From: Vezdaea acicularis
Lineage: Eukaryota
Reading direction: 5' to 3'
Length of the DNA: 20,000 nucleotides
Assembly: GCA_026025075.1 (NCBI GenBank)
Contig: JAPEUI010000009.1
Span: 242,334-262,333 of the forward strand
Made by a program: the position numbers and the translations under genes. Within the stretch, counting starts at the first letter, position 1, and each line of letters opens with the position of its first letter. The notes below the pieces were generated by a model. It made no database searches, was not told the origin of the DNA, and worked only from the letters and a program-made list of their open reading frames with translations. Of the stretch, positions 1 through 10,698 are shown one piece after another.

Positions 1-201
1 TTGTCTTTTTGCTCGGTTCTCACCTGCATCTGGGCATGATTCATGAGAGGCATGGGCGAGCGACAGCGTTCTATTCATGTCTTTGGCATTGTACATAATT
101 TTAAAAGGACTGGTTAGACCCAAGATAGCATTCCTCTGTCCGTAGACGTTTCCAGCGCGAAGACAACAATATGCTCCTGAACAGAATCGCGTGCCGCCCC
201 A

Positions 202-1325
202 CTACTCCTCCTCGCTCTCCTCCTCCGCCGCCTTCCGCCTCTCCTCCTCGGTCGCTTTCAGCCGCTCCTCCTCCTGCCGCTGCTTCTCCATCTCGAGCTC
301 CAGCTCCGCCTCCAGGTCTTCTTCCGAGATATCCTCATCCATGATCGTGTCCGGCTTGAGATGAGCCTCCGGGACTTTCTCTTCCTGAGCGACTGGTACC
401 GCGGCCGGTTCTTTGACGAGACGTGGCCTACGCACTGGTTTCTTAGGTTGCTTCGGCTCTGCCCTGCGGAGGGTGTGCTCGACTGGGACGTCGTCTCGTG
501 TGGTCCTTGCTCGGCCTCTTGCTGGCTCGGGCTCACCCTCTGCTTCCATCTCGATGTCCAGACTGTTGAGTGGTTCGGGGTCTGGAGTGAATTTGCGGGC
601 GTTTCCGAGCTCGGGCTCCATCTCGATGACGAGGTCGCCGTTACCCACGACTTCTGGGGACTCCTCCTCGCGCTCTTCACGTGCTTTCTTCTTCTTGCGT
701 TCGAGCTTCGGCTGCTCCCTGCCTTTCGGCTTCATGTCGATTCCTAGTCCTCGCTGAGGCTCGATGGTCAAGACGTCATTGTCGAGCTCGTCGTCTGCGA
801 GATCGAGCCGAGGCGTTCTCGGCGCTTTCTTGTTATCGAGAAAGTTTCGATAGTCGTAGGGGTTGTTCTCGTCGCTTTCGTCGCCGTCGTCGGCGTTGAG
901 CTGCGGGTATTGCGAGCGTAGCTCTTTCGCGTTCTTCTCCCATGGTGCCGACGTCAGGTTGAATTCCATCTCCGACCCTACTTTCTCAAGGATGAAGGCA
1001 CCTCGCTCCGGGTCGAAGATGAGAGTATGGCCGCCGTGGGTGCGGCGTCCGGCATATGTGTAGCTTGTGTCGGCGTCGTCTTCGAGGGTGAGCTTGTAGC
1101 TGTTTGCGCTTTGAGTGATGGTTGCCTGTCGGGAGGTGGTGGTTTGCGAGGGCTTGTGGTTATCTATCATCATTAGTCCCAGTCACAAATGGTGGGGTTT
1201 TCCATCGACTTACATTTGATCCCCATACAGATCCGCTTTCGACTATCGTACGAGGTGATGCTGTCTCCCAGATAAACCGGGTATTTCGCCGTTCTTGACG
1301 GCTCTATCGACTGGACGGTAGCCAT
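202..1325 (-). CDS. ELL-associated factor (EAF) N-terminal domain protein, RNA Pol II elongation factor-like, about 357 aa. Exons 1325-1214 and 1163-202.
   Basis: ATG at 1325 (MATVQSIEPSRTAKYPVYLGDSI). A 50-nt intron at 1213-1164 has a GTAAGT donor, CTAAT branch and TAG acceptor, and joins to GIKYNHKPS. The motifs YPVYLG, YNHKP, YTYAG and LIFDPERGAFILEKV..FNL match the fungal EAF domain. The tail is acidic and low-complexity. Spliced length is 1074 nt, in frame. Confidence 0.8.
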
Positions 1326-1792
1326 GGTTGGAAGCTCAGGACTGTAACAAAATCGACTGACGAGTATGTAGGAATGATTCGAATATGTGCGGGAAAGAAG
1401 TGTCCTATTGAGCGGTGGAAAGATGTGAATGTGGCTGGGGACCGTTTCAACGAATGGAGCGAGAGATCCTAGCTTGCGGCTACTCCCGGGTGGTGCGTGG
1501 GCAGATCGACGCGGACCCCGCAATTCTCTGCAGCTGAAATATCTTGCGCGTGGAAAATTCAAACGTGGTTTGCTATTCAGCTTGAACAGCAAAGCGTTAC
1601 AATGGGACTGTCGCTTGTGTGATTGTCACAATAAGAAAGGAGACTGTTGAAGAGGGTCGTCCGCGCCGAATATCTATTGTGGCAGAGTCAGACACGAACA
1701 CGGAGAACAATGCAGGGCGTGGGATGCGGTAAGGCTCGCGCCCGGACTGGCCCTACGCCGCCGAGTTTTGACCAGCCGGACAAGGGGCCCCG

Positions 1793-2977
1793 TCATCTAC
1801 CGCTTGCTAACAACTCTAATTTTCCGGCCAGCACCCGGTGCTTCTTCATCACCTCCACCCAATCATCGTCCAGACCGGCCAACACCATGCTGAAATCTCC
1901 TCCTAACCGTCCCAGGCTCCCTGCGCAGTACAACACCTGCGTCAATAAACTCTCTCTTGAGCTCCTGACGCGGACGTGCGGGAGATATTGCCTCAACGTC
2001 TCCGTCAGCAGGCCTACGAGGTGAAGAGGGAAGGTTGACAGCGGAGAAGGGAGGTCCTTGTTCCGGCTGTCTTCGGGAAAGATGCTCTTGAACATTGAAA
2101 TAATGGCAAAGCTTTGTTCGCGAAAGATCTCGATATATCGTTTCAGGTAGCGTTCGCTTTGTTGGCCCGTATTCGCCGTGCTCTCATCGCGCGTCGCCTG
2201 GTCTGCCAGCTCCCTCAAAGGATCTAGAGCCTCCAGCATCAAGACTAGATTCGCAAGCCGGCAGACCAAGAACAAAGCGTCCAGATCCACGTCGGGCGCG
2301 ATCCGTTTCAACCACCCGATCGTGCGTAGGCCGCTGGCAAGCTTGATGCCCGACACCCTCAGGCCCATGATGAGATTCGTCGTCATGCCCCGCATCGCTT
2401 CCTCCGCCTGCCCCAGCACATCTGAGATGAGGTTGGAGTTGGGATATAACGTATGTAGCCGTTTGATGTGTGCATGAAGATCAAGGGCCGACGCATAGTT
2501 TGCCTGTGCCGCAACTGGCGAGATTGCGGACGACAGGAACGTCGGTAGGTCAAGTATATCTGATAGTCGGTCAACATTCCTGTAAAGGAGCATTGCCTTT
2601 GCTCGCCTGCTCAATAACGCGTTCTCGGCCTTTTTCGCATAAGCTTTCGAGAACCGTGTGACTGCTCTGTCGAGCTTCGGAATCTCATCTTGAAGAGTTG
2701 ACAGTTCGGTTCCCAGCGTAGGCAGAAGCGTCTTTAGGGTCGAGAGATCATTGGAGGAAGCAATGATCGACTTGTGAGATTTGCTCGAGAGAGCCTGTAA
2801 TGACAACAGAAGAGAGTGAGAAGTGTGCGCTAAAGTCTCCGTCTCCGTCCCCTCCAGTTCTGCCAGCGAAAGTGTCGATAGCTTCTCCAGGTAGGCAGCG
2901 GTTGCACTACCTTGGGGCACACGCTGCTGATCAAGATGTGGGACGAGGAGCTCAAAAAGTGGATCCGCCATGACCAT
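1793..2977 (-). CDS. COG8: Conserved oligomeric Golgi complex subunit 8 (Dor1 family), intronless, 394 aa (alternative start at 2971)
   Basis: Single long ORF with YLEKLSTLSL, NVDRLSDILDLP, NYASALDLHAHIKRL, YLKRYIEIFREQSF and LLTQVLYCAGSLGRLGGDF, recognised as Dor1/COG8 motifs. Confidence 0.88.
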   Translation of the reverse strand: MVMADPLFELLVPHLDQQRVPQGSATAAYLEKLSTLSLAELEGTETETLAHTSHSLLLSLQALSSKSHKSIIASSNDLSTLKTLLPTLGTELSTLQDEIPKLDRAVTRFSKAYAKKAENALLSRRAKAMLLYRNVDRLSDILDLPTFLSSAISPVAAQANYASALDLHAHIKRLHTLYPNSNLISDVLGQAEEAMRGMTTNLIMGLRVSGIKLASGLRTIGWLKRIAPDVDLDALFLVCRLANLVLMLEALDPLRELADQATRDESTANTGQQSERYLKRYIEIFREQSFAIISMFKSIFPEDSRNKDLPSPLSTFPLHLVGLLTETLRQYLPHVRVRSSRESLLTQVLYCAGSLGRLGGDFSMVLAGLDDDWVEVMKKHRVLAGKLELLASGR

Positions 2978-3308
2978 GAAGAGCCAATTGCAAGATCAGT
3001 AGACGAAAAAGAGATAATATCAACCCTAAAAAATGAGGCTCACACGCTTAAATAACTTTCCCGCTGTGGCTGTGTCGGCGCCGCGTCTGCTAAGGGACGC
3101 GTGAGATGGGATAGATGTGCCGTGATATTCGCTAGTCCCCTCCATCATCGAACACACCCGCCACATGCCAGTGTTGCAACCTCGCAGTGAGATTTCTTTA
3201 GTATGTGATCAAGGCGCACTGGCGCTCAACTTCTTCTAGACTACGCTCTGTTATCGTCTTTCACTATCTCCTGCAAGGAGGCATCTACAACTCTTCACGC
3301 ATTCTATA
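2978..3308. promoter_or_regulatory. Probable bidirectional promoter region between the divergent COG8 and UBE2O-like genes
   Basis: Only 331 bp separate the divergent start codons. This is positional inference; no specific site identified. Confidence 0.5.
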
Positions 3309-6300
3309 ATGTCTCGTCAGACTGTATATTACCCATGACTTTGTTCGTATATAGCCTAACGTTATGCAGCTCTTCACTGAGGATACCTGCACTCTGAAGA
3401 GTGACCCTAGCAAAATCGGGATTGTCGAGGTGAGGCCTCCCCAAGAAGCTCGAAAGAAGCGTAGGCTGATTATGATAGCGAACCTGGCACGATGTATACC
3501 TAGCTTTACACACTTCTGGGTATTAGAGGGATACATGGGCTAACGTGAGAAAGGTGGATGAACCGGTAGATACCGATGTAAATCAAGTCACATTTGAAGA
3601 CGGCACACCGCCTGAAGCACGGGAGGAGTTCTTCCGCAATGGAGTGGTACGTATATCTTACTCAGCTGTCAGCTGGAACATATTAAACATCCATTCAATA
3701 TGACATCAAAGGTCAAAATCAGGGAATTTGGTTTAGCTCATTCCATTTTCTTATAACAGGTCCCCCGACACCACGTGATTATCAATTTCCTCGAGAGCTA
3801 TGGCGCGGCCTTGATCCCCGAGTCTAGCCTCATGCTTGTCGACCGATCTCTATCTTTTGGGGATGTGGTCAAGCGGAGTGCGAGCGATACGATGAGTGGC
3901 ACGATCATCAGGACTTGGATCGACTGTGATCTACGATCGGCCTTCAGGCCAGTTGGATCGACGATAGGTGATGACGGTAGTTCAACATTAAGAAGGATCC
4001 CTGGGGAGGAGCTCAAGCTCAGTGAAGAGTATGAAGAGGGAGACTTCATTCTCTACCAAGGCTGGCTAGGCATGGTAGAGGAGGTATTCCAAGACGTGAC
4101 TCTCCGGCTCAAAAATGGTTCCATTGTCGTGGTCGATGACCCGTCGCAGCTGACCAGCTGTGATACCTGCCACATACCTAACCTAGACCACGTCAATACT
4201 CGTCGAAGGCGCTCTTCTGATTCCAGTCAGCCTAGATTCTTCAACCCTGGACTGCTTGTTCGAACAAGCAAGGGCAACGTTCGTCGAGGGAATTGGAAAC
4301 TCGGCTCATTTGACCCTTTTGCGGACCCATGTGGTTACATCATAGAAGCCAAGACGAAATCGCTAGGAATGCAATGGCTAGGCTATGAGAAAAAGAGCAC
4401 AGGTCTTTACGAGACATCGCCCCCCCCACTCACTCTTCGGCTGAGCAGAGCGAACTCTAGTCTCATTCAAAAGTATGACCGGGGCCGTATGCCGCAATCT
4501 TCTTCAAGCACAGACATTCCTCCGGGCACAACGAATGGCTCAAATCTGCAATATGGAGATTTCGTCAGGTTTCGAGACCTTCGTGGTGCAGCCGTTAAAT
4601 ATCCCGGGAATACATACTCCTCTGATGGTATTGAACAAGGAAAACTCATAGAGATCCCCGCCGCAAGATCAGCTGGGTACGACGTTAATGTCTTTCTAGT
4701 TGCAAAGACTAGGACGAAGGTCCAAGTCCTCTGGCAAGATCTCGTCAAAACGACTGAGGACGGCGTAGATCTCTTGCCGTATCTAAACTGTGACGACCAC
4801 GATGTGTGGCCTGGGGAGATGGTATCGAGAAAGTTAGACGATAATGCTAATATTAGATCCACCGCGTACGGGATCGTTCAGGCTGTCGATTCTACTGAAA
4901 GAGTGGCCGAAGTTCGATGGTTTACAAACGTTGGACAAACAACCTTTTTACGCATGGAAGATTCTGGTCATCATACACTCTGTCCTGGCTTTTCACGTGG
5001 AAAATTAGACCCTCAAATATGTCGTCACAGCTTCTATGAGCTTCAGTCATCCCACGGGCTCAGTAAGAGACGTGGCGACTTTGTGATCATTGAACCCCTG
5101 ATGCCTCATGATATGCGTCGGGTCATGATACGTAGGCTTTTAGGTCCAATCGATCCGGATAGCGCGAACCTATTCGAAAGTCCAGATTTTGTAGATAGAG
5201 TTGAACGTCTGGTGGAATTACCGGAGTACTCCATAGAAATCCTTGAGGCCTGTAGTGAATTCAGCAAGGAAAGTTTATACTCTCGCTTCCAGCAGTATGC
5301 TGAACGAAGCTCGAGCTCGGCGATAAAGACATTTGCTTTGTTGATTAAAGAGTCGGTAAGCTTGAAACTACCACCCTCCGACAGCCTTACCGCTTCTGAC
5401 TTGACCGCAACCCAGCTCTCGAGACAGCAGAGACGAGAAGGGGATGTAACTTGGGTAGGAGAGATTGTCGACTTGGGTTTAGACGGCTCGGTTACTGTCC
5501 GACTAGGAGCAGCCGATGAATGTCAAGATGTAAAGTTTCCGATGGGACGGTTGACTGTCATATACAGCGATGATGACACCACCCAAAGTGATGATGATGA
5601 CGACGATTACGATGACACGATGGACGATGAGGCTATGGCAGATTATTACGACAACTTACACGACACCGCTTTCGAGTACGAAGGTGGTAATCGCATTGAG
5701 GGCGATGGAGGTGAAGAGATGTGGTCGACAGACGACTCGTGGTCAACTAATGATGACGAGGACGAAGACGATGTGGAGGAGAGTGAATTCCAAGCAGGGA
5801 CGCACCAATCTCTAGCTGATACGATGGTAGGAGATGCTTCAGCACCTATGGCCCATCCCCTTGAAAGCATCGTAAGCGAAAACAACAACAGCCCTACGGA
5901 ATCCAACCCACACCCAACGATTCTGCCCCCGAATGCAGTGACTCTCTCTACTGAGGGCATCCTCAAATTCGACATTCTCAGCTCCGACCCGCCGGCTGAC
6001 CACCATTATATCTCTCTCAATAGAGATCTAGATCCGAAGCAGATGCGCCGCATACATAAAGAACATCAAATCCTCTCTACCTCCCTTCCCGACGGCATAT
6101 TCGCTCGAACATGGGAATCGAGACTTGATCTGCTCAGAGTTCTCATCATTGGCCCGAAGCACACGCCGTACGAGTTCGCCCCTTTCATATGTGACTTTCT
6201 ATTGGGCGCCACATTCCCTAATGATCCTCCTTCTGCCTACTTCCACTCTTGGACAGACGGCATCGGACGGGTGAACCCAAACCTGTATACGGATGGAAAG

Positions 6301-6873
6301 ATCTGCTTAAGCCTGTTAGGAACCTGGCCCTCGCGGACACTGAATGAGGCTTGGTCGTCTGCCAATTCAACCATTCTCCAAATCCTGGTGAGCATAATGG
6401 GGCTTATCTTGGTTAAGGATCCATATTACAGTAAGTTTGCACCATCAGCTGACCAACGCCATGAGCTCATTTGAGAAATAGATGAAGCGGGCTTCGAAAT
6501 TCTATCAGGCTCTGAAAATACGCAAACAGCTTCCGCTAATTACAACGAGAAAGCGTACGTTCTCTCGCGCGGATTTGTCAAGCATGGCTTAGAGAGGAAA
6601 CCTGGGGGATTTGAGGATGTCTTGCTTCGAATCTTTCTCGGACGTGGGGTGGACGGGCAGTGTGTGCTGGACCGAATTGTCGAGGAATCCAAAGCGATCA
6701 TAAGCCAAAGTGAACGGCCAGCCTGTACCACAGGTTCATCAGATATCGTAGTTGCTGGCTCCATCTCCAGACTTAGTGAGGGCGCGTTGATTCCTTTGAG
6801 GAGAACAGTAATGGCTCTGGATGATGCGTTAGCACAGCTCAAACTTGAAGCTCAACACCAAGGGGCATCGTAG
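3309..6873 (+). CDS. Large ubiquitin-conjugating enzyme, UBE2O-like (E2/E3 hybrid type), about 1081 aa. Exons 3309-3323, 3370-3429, 3479-3493, 3554-3646, 3760-6430, 6482-6873.
   Basis: C-terminal UBC domain: RIHKEHQILSTSLPDGIFARTWESRLDLLRVLIIGPKHTPYE...VNPNLYTDGKICLSLLGTW (catalytic Cys). Intron 6431-6481 (GTAAGT..CTGAC..TAG) restores PYYNEAGFE. Four upstream GT-AG introns give an in-frame N-terminus MSRQT|LFTEDTCTLKSDPSKIGIVE|RTWHD|VDEP...RNGV|VPRHHVIINF. Total 3246 nt. The 5' exons are less certain than the core. Confidence 0.88.
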
Positions 6874-6962
6874 ATATAATGATTACTACCAACGGATAGC
6901 ATCATTTCAGGAGGGCATGTATAGCGGCCTGGTGGTACTGATTGCTTGTAGCGTCTTTATAT

Positions 6963-7126
6963 TTGCATTAGCGGATGGTGGATAGGGAGAAGCATAGCTT
7001 CGGCGCGTAAGCAGGTAAATTCATATCCATCGAAAGGGTTGTCCTTGCACTTGCATCGGCGGATAGCCGATAAGGAGAAGCATAGCTTTGGTGCGTAGGC
7101 AGATAGATTCACGTCCATCAAAAGAG
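6963..7126. repeat. Degenerate direct duplication: two copies of about 76 bp (6963-7038 and 7051-7126), period 88 bp
   Basis: Ungapped hand alignment gives 61/76 identity, with an exact shared core GGAGAAGCATAGCTT. Confidence 0.9.
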
Positions 7127-7597
7127 CCTTGACATGCATAAGCCCCTCTGGTGACCCCTATTAACGAGTAGAATTCATGGCTTCATCCGAATGAATGGCT
7201 GGAACCTCCATCATAGCTGTGATGATGAAGAACAGGACTCGAAGTACACTGCGCACACTTAGTTCAGCCGCAAGCTTACGCTGATGGTTGCAGTGCACAT
7301 GATCTATTGCCATAGAGACAGCAAGGCTTTGTGAGAGAACGTCGCTATCAGGAAAAGCTCTGTTGAGTCTGGTTCGGTGTTCAGGGACGTTGCTTTGAGT
7401 ATGAGCCTTAACGGGTCAAACTTCCGAGAAGAACTGCAAGTTGTGCAGTTTGTGAATAGGTCACCGGATTGGTGTTGACGCTCGTGTGTTTCCGCAGAAG
7501 AAAAAAGCACACAACGCGGCATGAAGTATATGAAACTCTCCATTTAGAAGACCGGAGCATTAACAGAAAACGTGCCTAAAGATACAACTAATGTACG

Positions 7598-9014
7598 ATG
7601 AAAACATTAAAGTCCAAGCTTTCTCAAAGTAACTTGGACGAAAACAAATCTGTCCAGGCAAGCAGAAAGCGCCAGGGTATACCTGATTTTGGTGAATACG
7701 CGGGTGCTTCGAAGTTCTTTGAAGATTTAACCAAAGTGGAGAAGGATCCGAAACGTAATCTACCTTGGTGCAATTGCTAGATGGATGAAGCTAACTTCGA
7801 GGGAAGATAACATCCGGCCGAGTTCAATTGGTAGCTCATTTGGGGAAGAATTTGCGGACAAACCATCGTTCATTCCGAGCGAAGCCCCTCTCAACGTTCA
7901 CTCGCACAACGGCCCCAAAAACGTTCTAGAACCAGGTAAACTTCCCAGGACCAAAGAATTGGAGTACATACGTGATTTCTTGGGCCCTGGGCTGGTTGCA
8001 GCGGCAAACTCTAAACCAGCTCAACCAATGTCTACACAGTCATATCGCTCAACCAGATATGACAGAGAAATCAAGACTGAGATGACCATTCCGCCGAGGC
8101 TAAGATATGTCCCTTTTAAGTTCCAAACGGATGTGAAGGACGTTCGAGAGGAACTGCTAAGAAAGCGACGTGAAAAGAAATTTAAACGCCACGAACAATT
8201 GTACCTGGCCAAGTCTATTGGACTGGAGAAAACCAACCTCCCGAAAGAAGATTTTTCCAACAAATCTTCACCACATAAAACTATACCCACCATTCCATCC
8301 GAAGCACCATCTGGCCAGACAGCGGCCTTTGTGCCTAATAGTTCGCTTCATACTACCAACGGATCAGGTTTTCGACGTACTTCCGTTACGAAAGAGCCAC
8401 GTCATAATACTTCGGAAAGACCAGACCCTTCAGAAGAACAATTCAAGCGTTGGGCTAAATTGAACTCTGCCAAATCCCCAGCTAATGAGATACACAGAGA
8501 GGCGGCAGACGGAGACATTCGTCTTGGCGTGGATCAAGCCAGCGTTTCGCTAGACGAGGAGATAGTCCCAATGGCTCATTGGCAAGCCGAATCGGAGAGA
8601 ATGGGGTTGAGAGAGCGGGAGTGGTATGGAAAGATCTCGGAACCTAGTGAGCTGGTGGAGAAGCCTGCCTTCCTAGGAGAACCCTCCGAGGGAATAAGCA
8701 AGAAAAATCACGTGTCCTTCAAGCATCGTCTGCTTGGTGCACTTGGTAGGAAGAAGCAAGAATCCAGAAGTACCATGCAACGACAACGCACCGAACCCGT
8801 CTCCCCAGCAGATCAAACAAGAGAAGGGAGGTGGCACAACATTCCTATGAGGAACGGCCGGTCTGACAAGAAGGATACCTTCCACGACTTTGACGGCGTT
8901 CACTACCCTCAACGACAGCGAGATGACTCCCCGAGCAAAGGGTCCTCTGCAAGCAAAGGCTCAGGTGGTATGACATATCGAGGCAAGGTGGAGAAATATA
9001 ATCAGGCTCGCTGA
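7598..9014 (+). CDS. Hypothetical protein, about 454 aa, hydrophilic and probably largely disordered. Exons 7598-7754 and 7807-9014.
   Basis: A 409-codon ORF (7785-9014) is joined in frame to the upstream ORF at 7598 by a 52-nt intron (GTAATC donor 7755, GCTAAC branch 7790, AAG acceptor ending 7806). No domain recognised. Confidence 0.65.
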
Positions 9015-10698
9015 GTGCAAAGGCCAAGTTTGGACGGATGGAAGGAGCGGTGGCTTGCGTCAGGACTTTGGGCAACACCATTCGGCGTCTTGGAATTGGA
9101 GGACATGAATCCGTTGGAATAATTAATTGTATGGGAAGAGAGGGGGTCTAGCGCTGTCATGATTGCATAATGGCCTGTAAATAGTAATTTGGGCAGCCGA
9201 GAGCACAGACTTTGACGAAATTGACTGCGCGCAGTCTTGAGAGGTGTCGTGCCCAAAATGTGCTACAGTAGCGCAGCACGCGCAGCTGCAGGGGGTGGTG
9301 CTTAGCGAGCACGCTAAATTATAGAGGCTCTGGCGTGCCTGGTCCATTAGCCAGGTGGAATATATCTGAATGCGACTTCTAGCCGTCGTCTTCACTGCCA
9401 ACCACACTGGCGTATTCACCGCAATCAACACTCTCGATGAACAATGGCACCCTTACCTGACCATGAATGCCGGGAGAACCTCTGCGAAGGGTGTGGAAAG
9501 CTTCCGGCTAAGTGCAACGACGTATGGTCTAGAGAAAGTGCTTTGAAAGCTGTATGGTATCAACAACGCTATCCGTGAAAGCCATTATATATGAGGGCCA
9601 AGTACAGGAGTACTAAAGTGGAAGATTCGTCGCACTTGGTGGCGTTGGGGAGCCCGGATGGCACCGGCCTGGGCTATGGAATAGAGCTTACTGTTGGTAC
9701 ATAGTCAATCCATCATGATAGAATTCTACCTGACAGAACTGTGCAAAAGGCATATAGCTATTCCACTGCGTAGAAAGACTCAATGTTAAAGAAGTGAAGC
9801 ACTCAGCAATCGACGGACAGATTGAAGATAAAGACATAACCAAGCGGAAGGGTTTTCTATGGTCTCAATTTGCTAACAGCATCTTGGATACAGATTTCGA
9901 AAGCATGCTTTGGAGAGTCCTTCACTTGATACACAATCCATTAGCGCCTGCTTGATACCCTCTATGCATGTGTGATCTTCACTTAAGAGATCGAGTATCT
10001 ATCCATCAGGCCAAGCATGAATTTGATTGCGGACTTGTGTCTTCCACCAGTGGCGGAGAGGATGTTTCTCAGATGTGGGCGGATGTCTGAATATAGAGTA
10101 CCAGTATGAACATTGATGGCAATGGCAACAATAAATGCGATGATCTCAATCGCCTTGTTTCTATAGCTTTAGGCAGATTAGTAACTTTAACGTTGTCAGT
10201 CAACACAAAACACCCTATTTTGCAAGTTGCACTCGCACTTCGAAAAATTAGGTTTCGTTTCGTTTTCCGTGACCATGAGAACAGGGGAATGGCGCAAGGT
10301 ATGGAAATAAGCGTAATTCCACACAGATGCTCATGGAGTCACACATAAGCACACATTGACAGATAATTCGTAACTTACTGGTGAAAATTTTAATACCCTC
10401 TAGAAATGTCTGGGAGAGAAAATGCGGCTTTATCTCTTGGTTCGACCCCACTTCTACAGTAATATTGGCGGCAGGGGATTTGCTTAAGGCGGCCGAGGAG
10501 TGCATTTCGCTCAAGCGAAGCTAAGCTAAGAGTGGCGAGCATCGGCGGACCGAAAAACGCGACATTCAAAATAATATTTCAGAAACTGTAATGCGATTTG
10601 CAGCCTACATCTGAACTTTCTGAGAGGCCCCAAATTTTTTTACCCCGTTATCTAACTGCATAGTGGGCTCTTGAGATTGTTTCTCTCCCTCGTTCATC

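Noticed and set aside
258..1063. Overlapping ORFs 258-680, 361-747, 413-757, 681-899 and 863-1063
   Set aside because: Antisense or alternate-frame shadows of the GC-rich EAF gene with no recognisable protein features.
1326..1592. N-terminal part of the 139-aa ORF 1173-1592
   Set aside because: Only 1325-1214 is EAF exon 1. The upstream part begins at a non-ATG codon and looks like UTR or promoter.
3022..3029. AACCCTAA telomere-like motif upstream of COG8 (possible Tbf1/Tay1 site or telomerase RNA template)
   Set aside because: A single 8-mer can occur by chance in 20 kb, and the 331-bp gap is too small for a filamentous fungal telomerase RNA.
5569..5772. GAT/GAC trinucleotide runs
   Set aside because: They encode the acidic linker of the UBE2O-like protein and are not an independent repeat element.
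10438..10452. GGTTCGACCCC resembling a tRNA T-loop / B-box
   Set aside because: No cloverleaf stems could be built around it.
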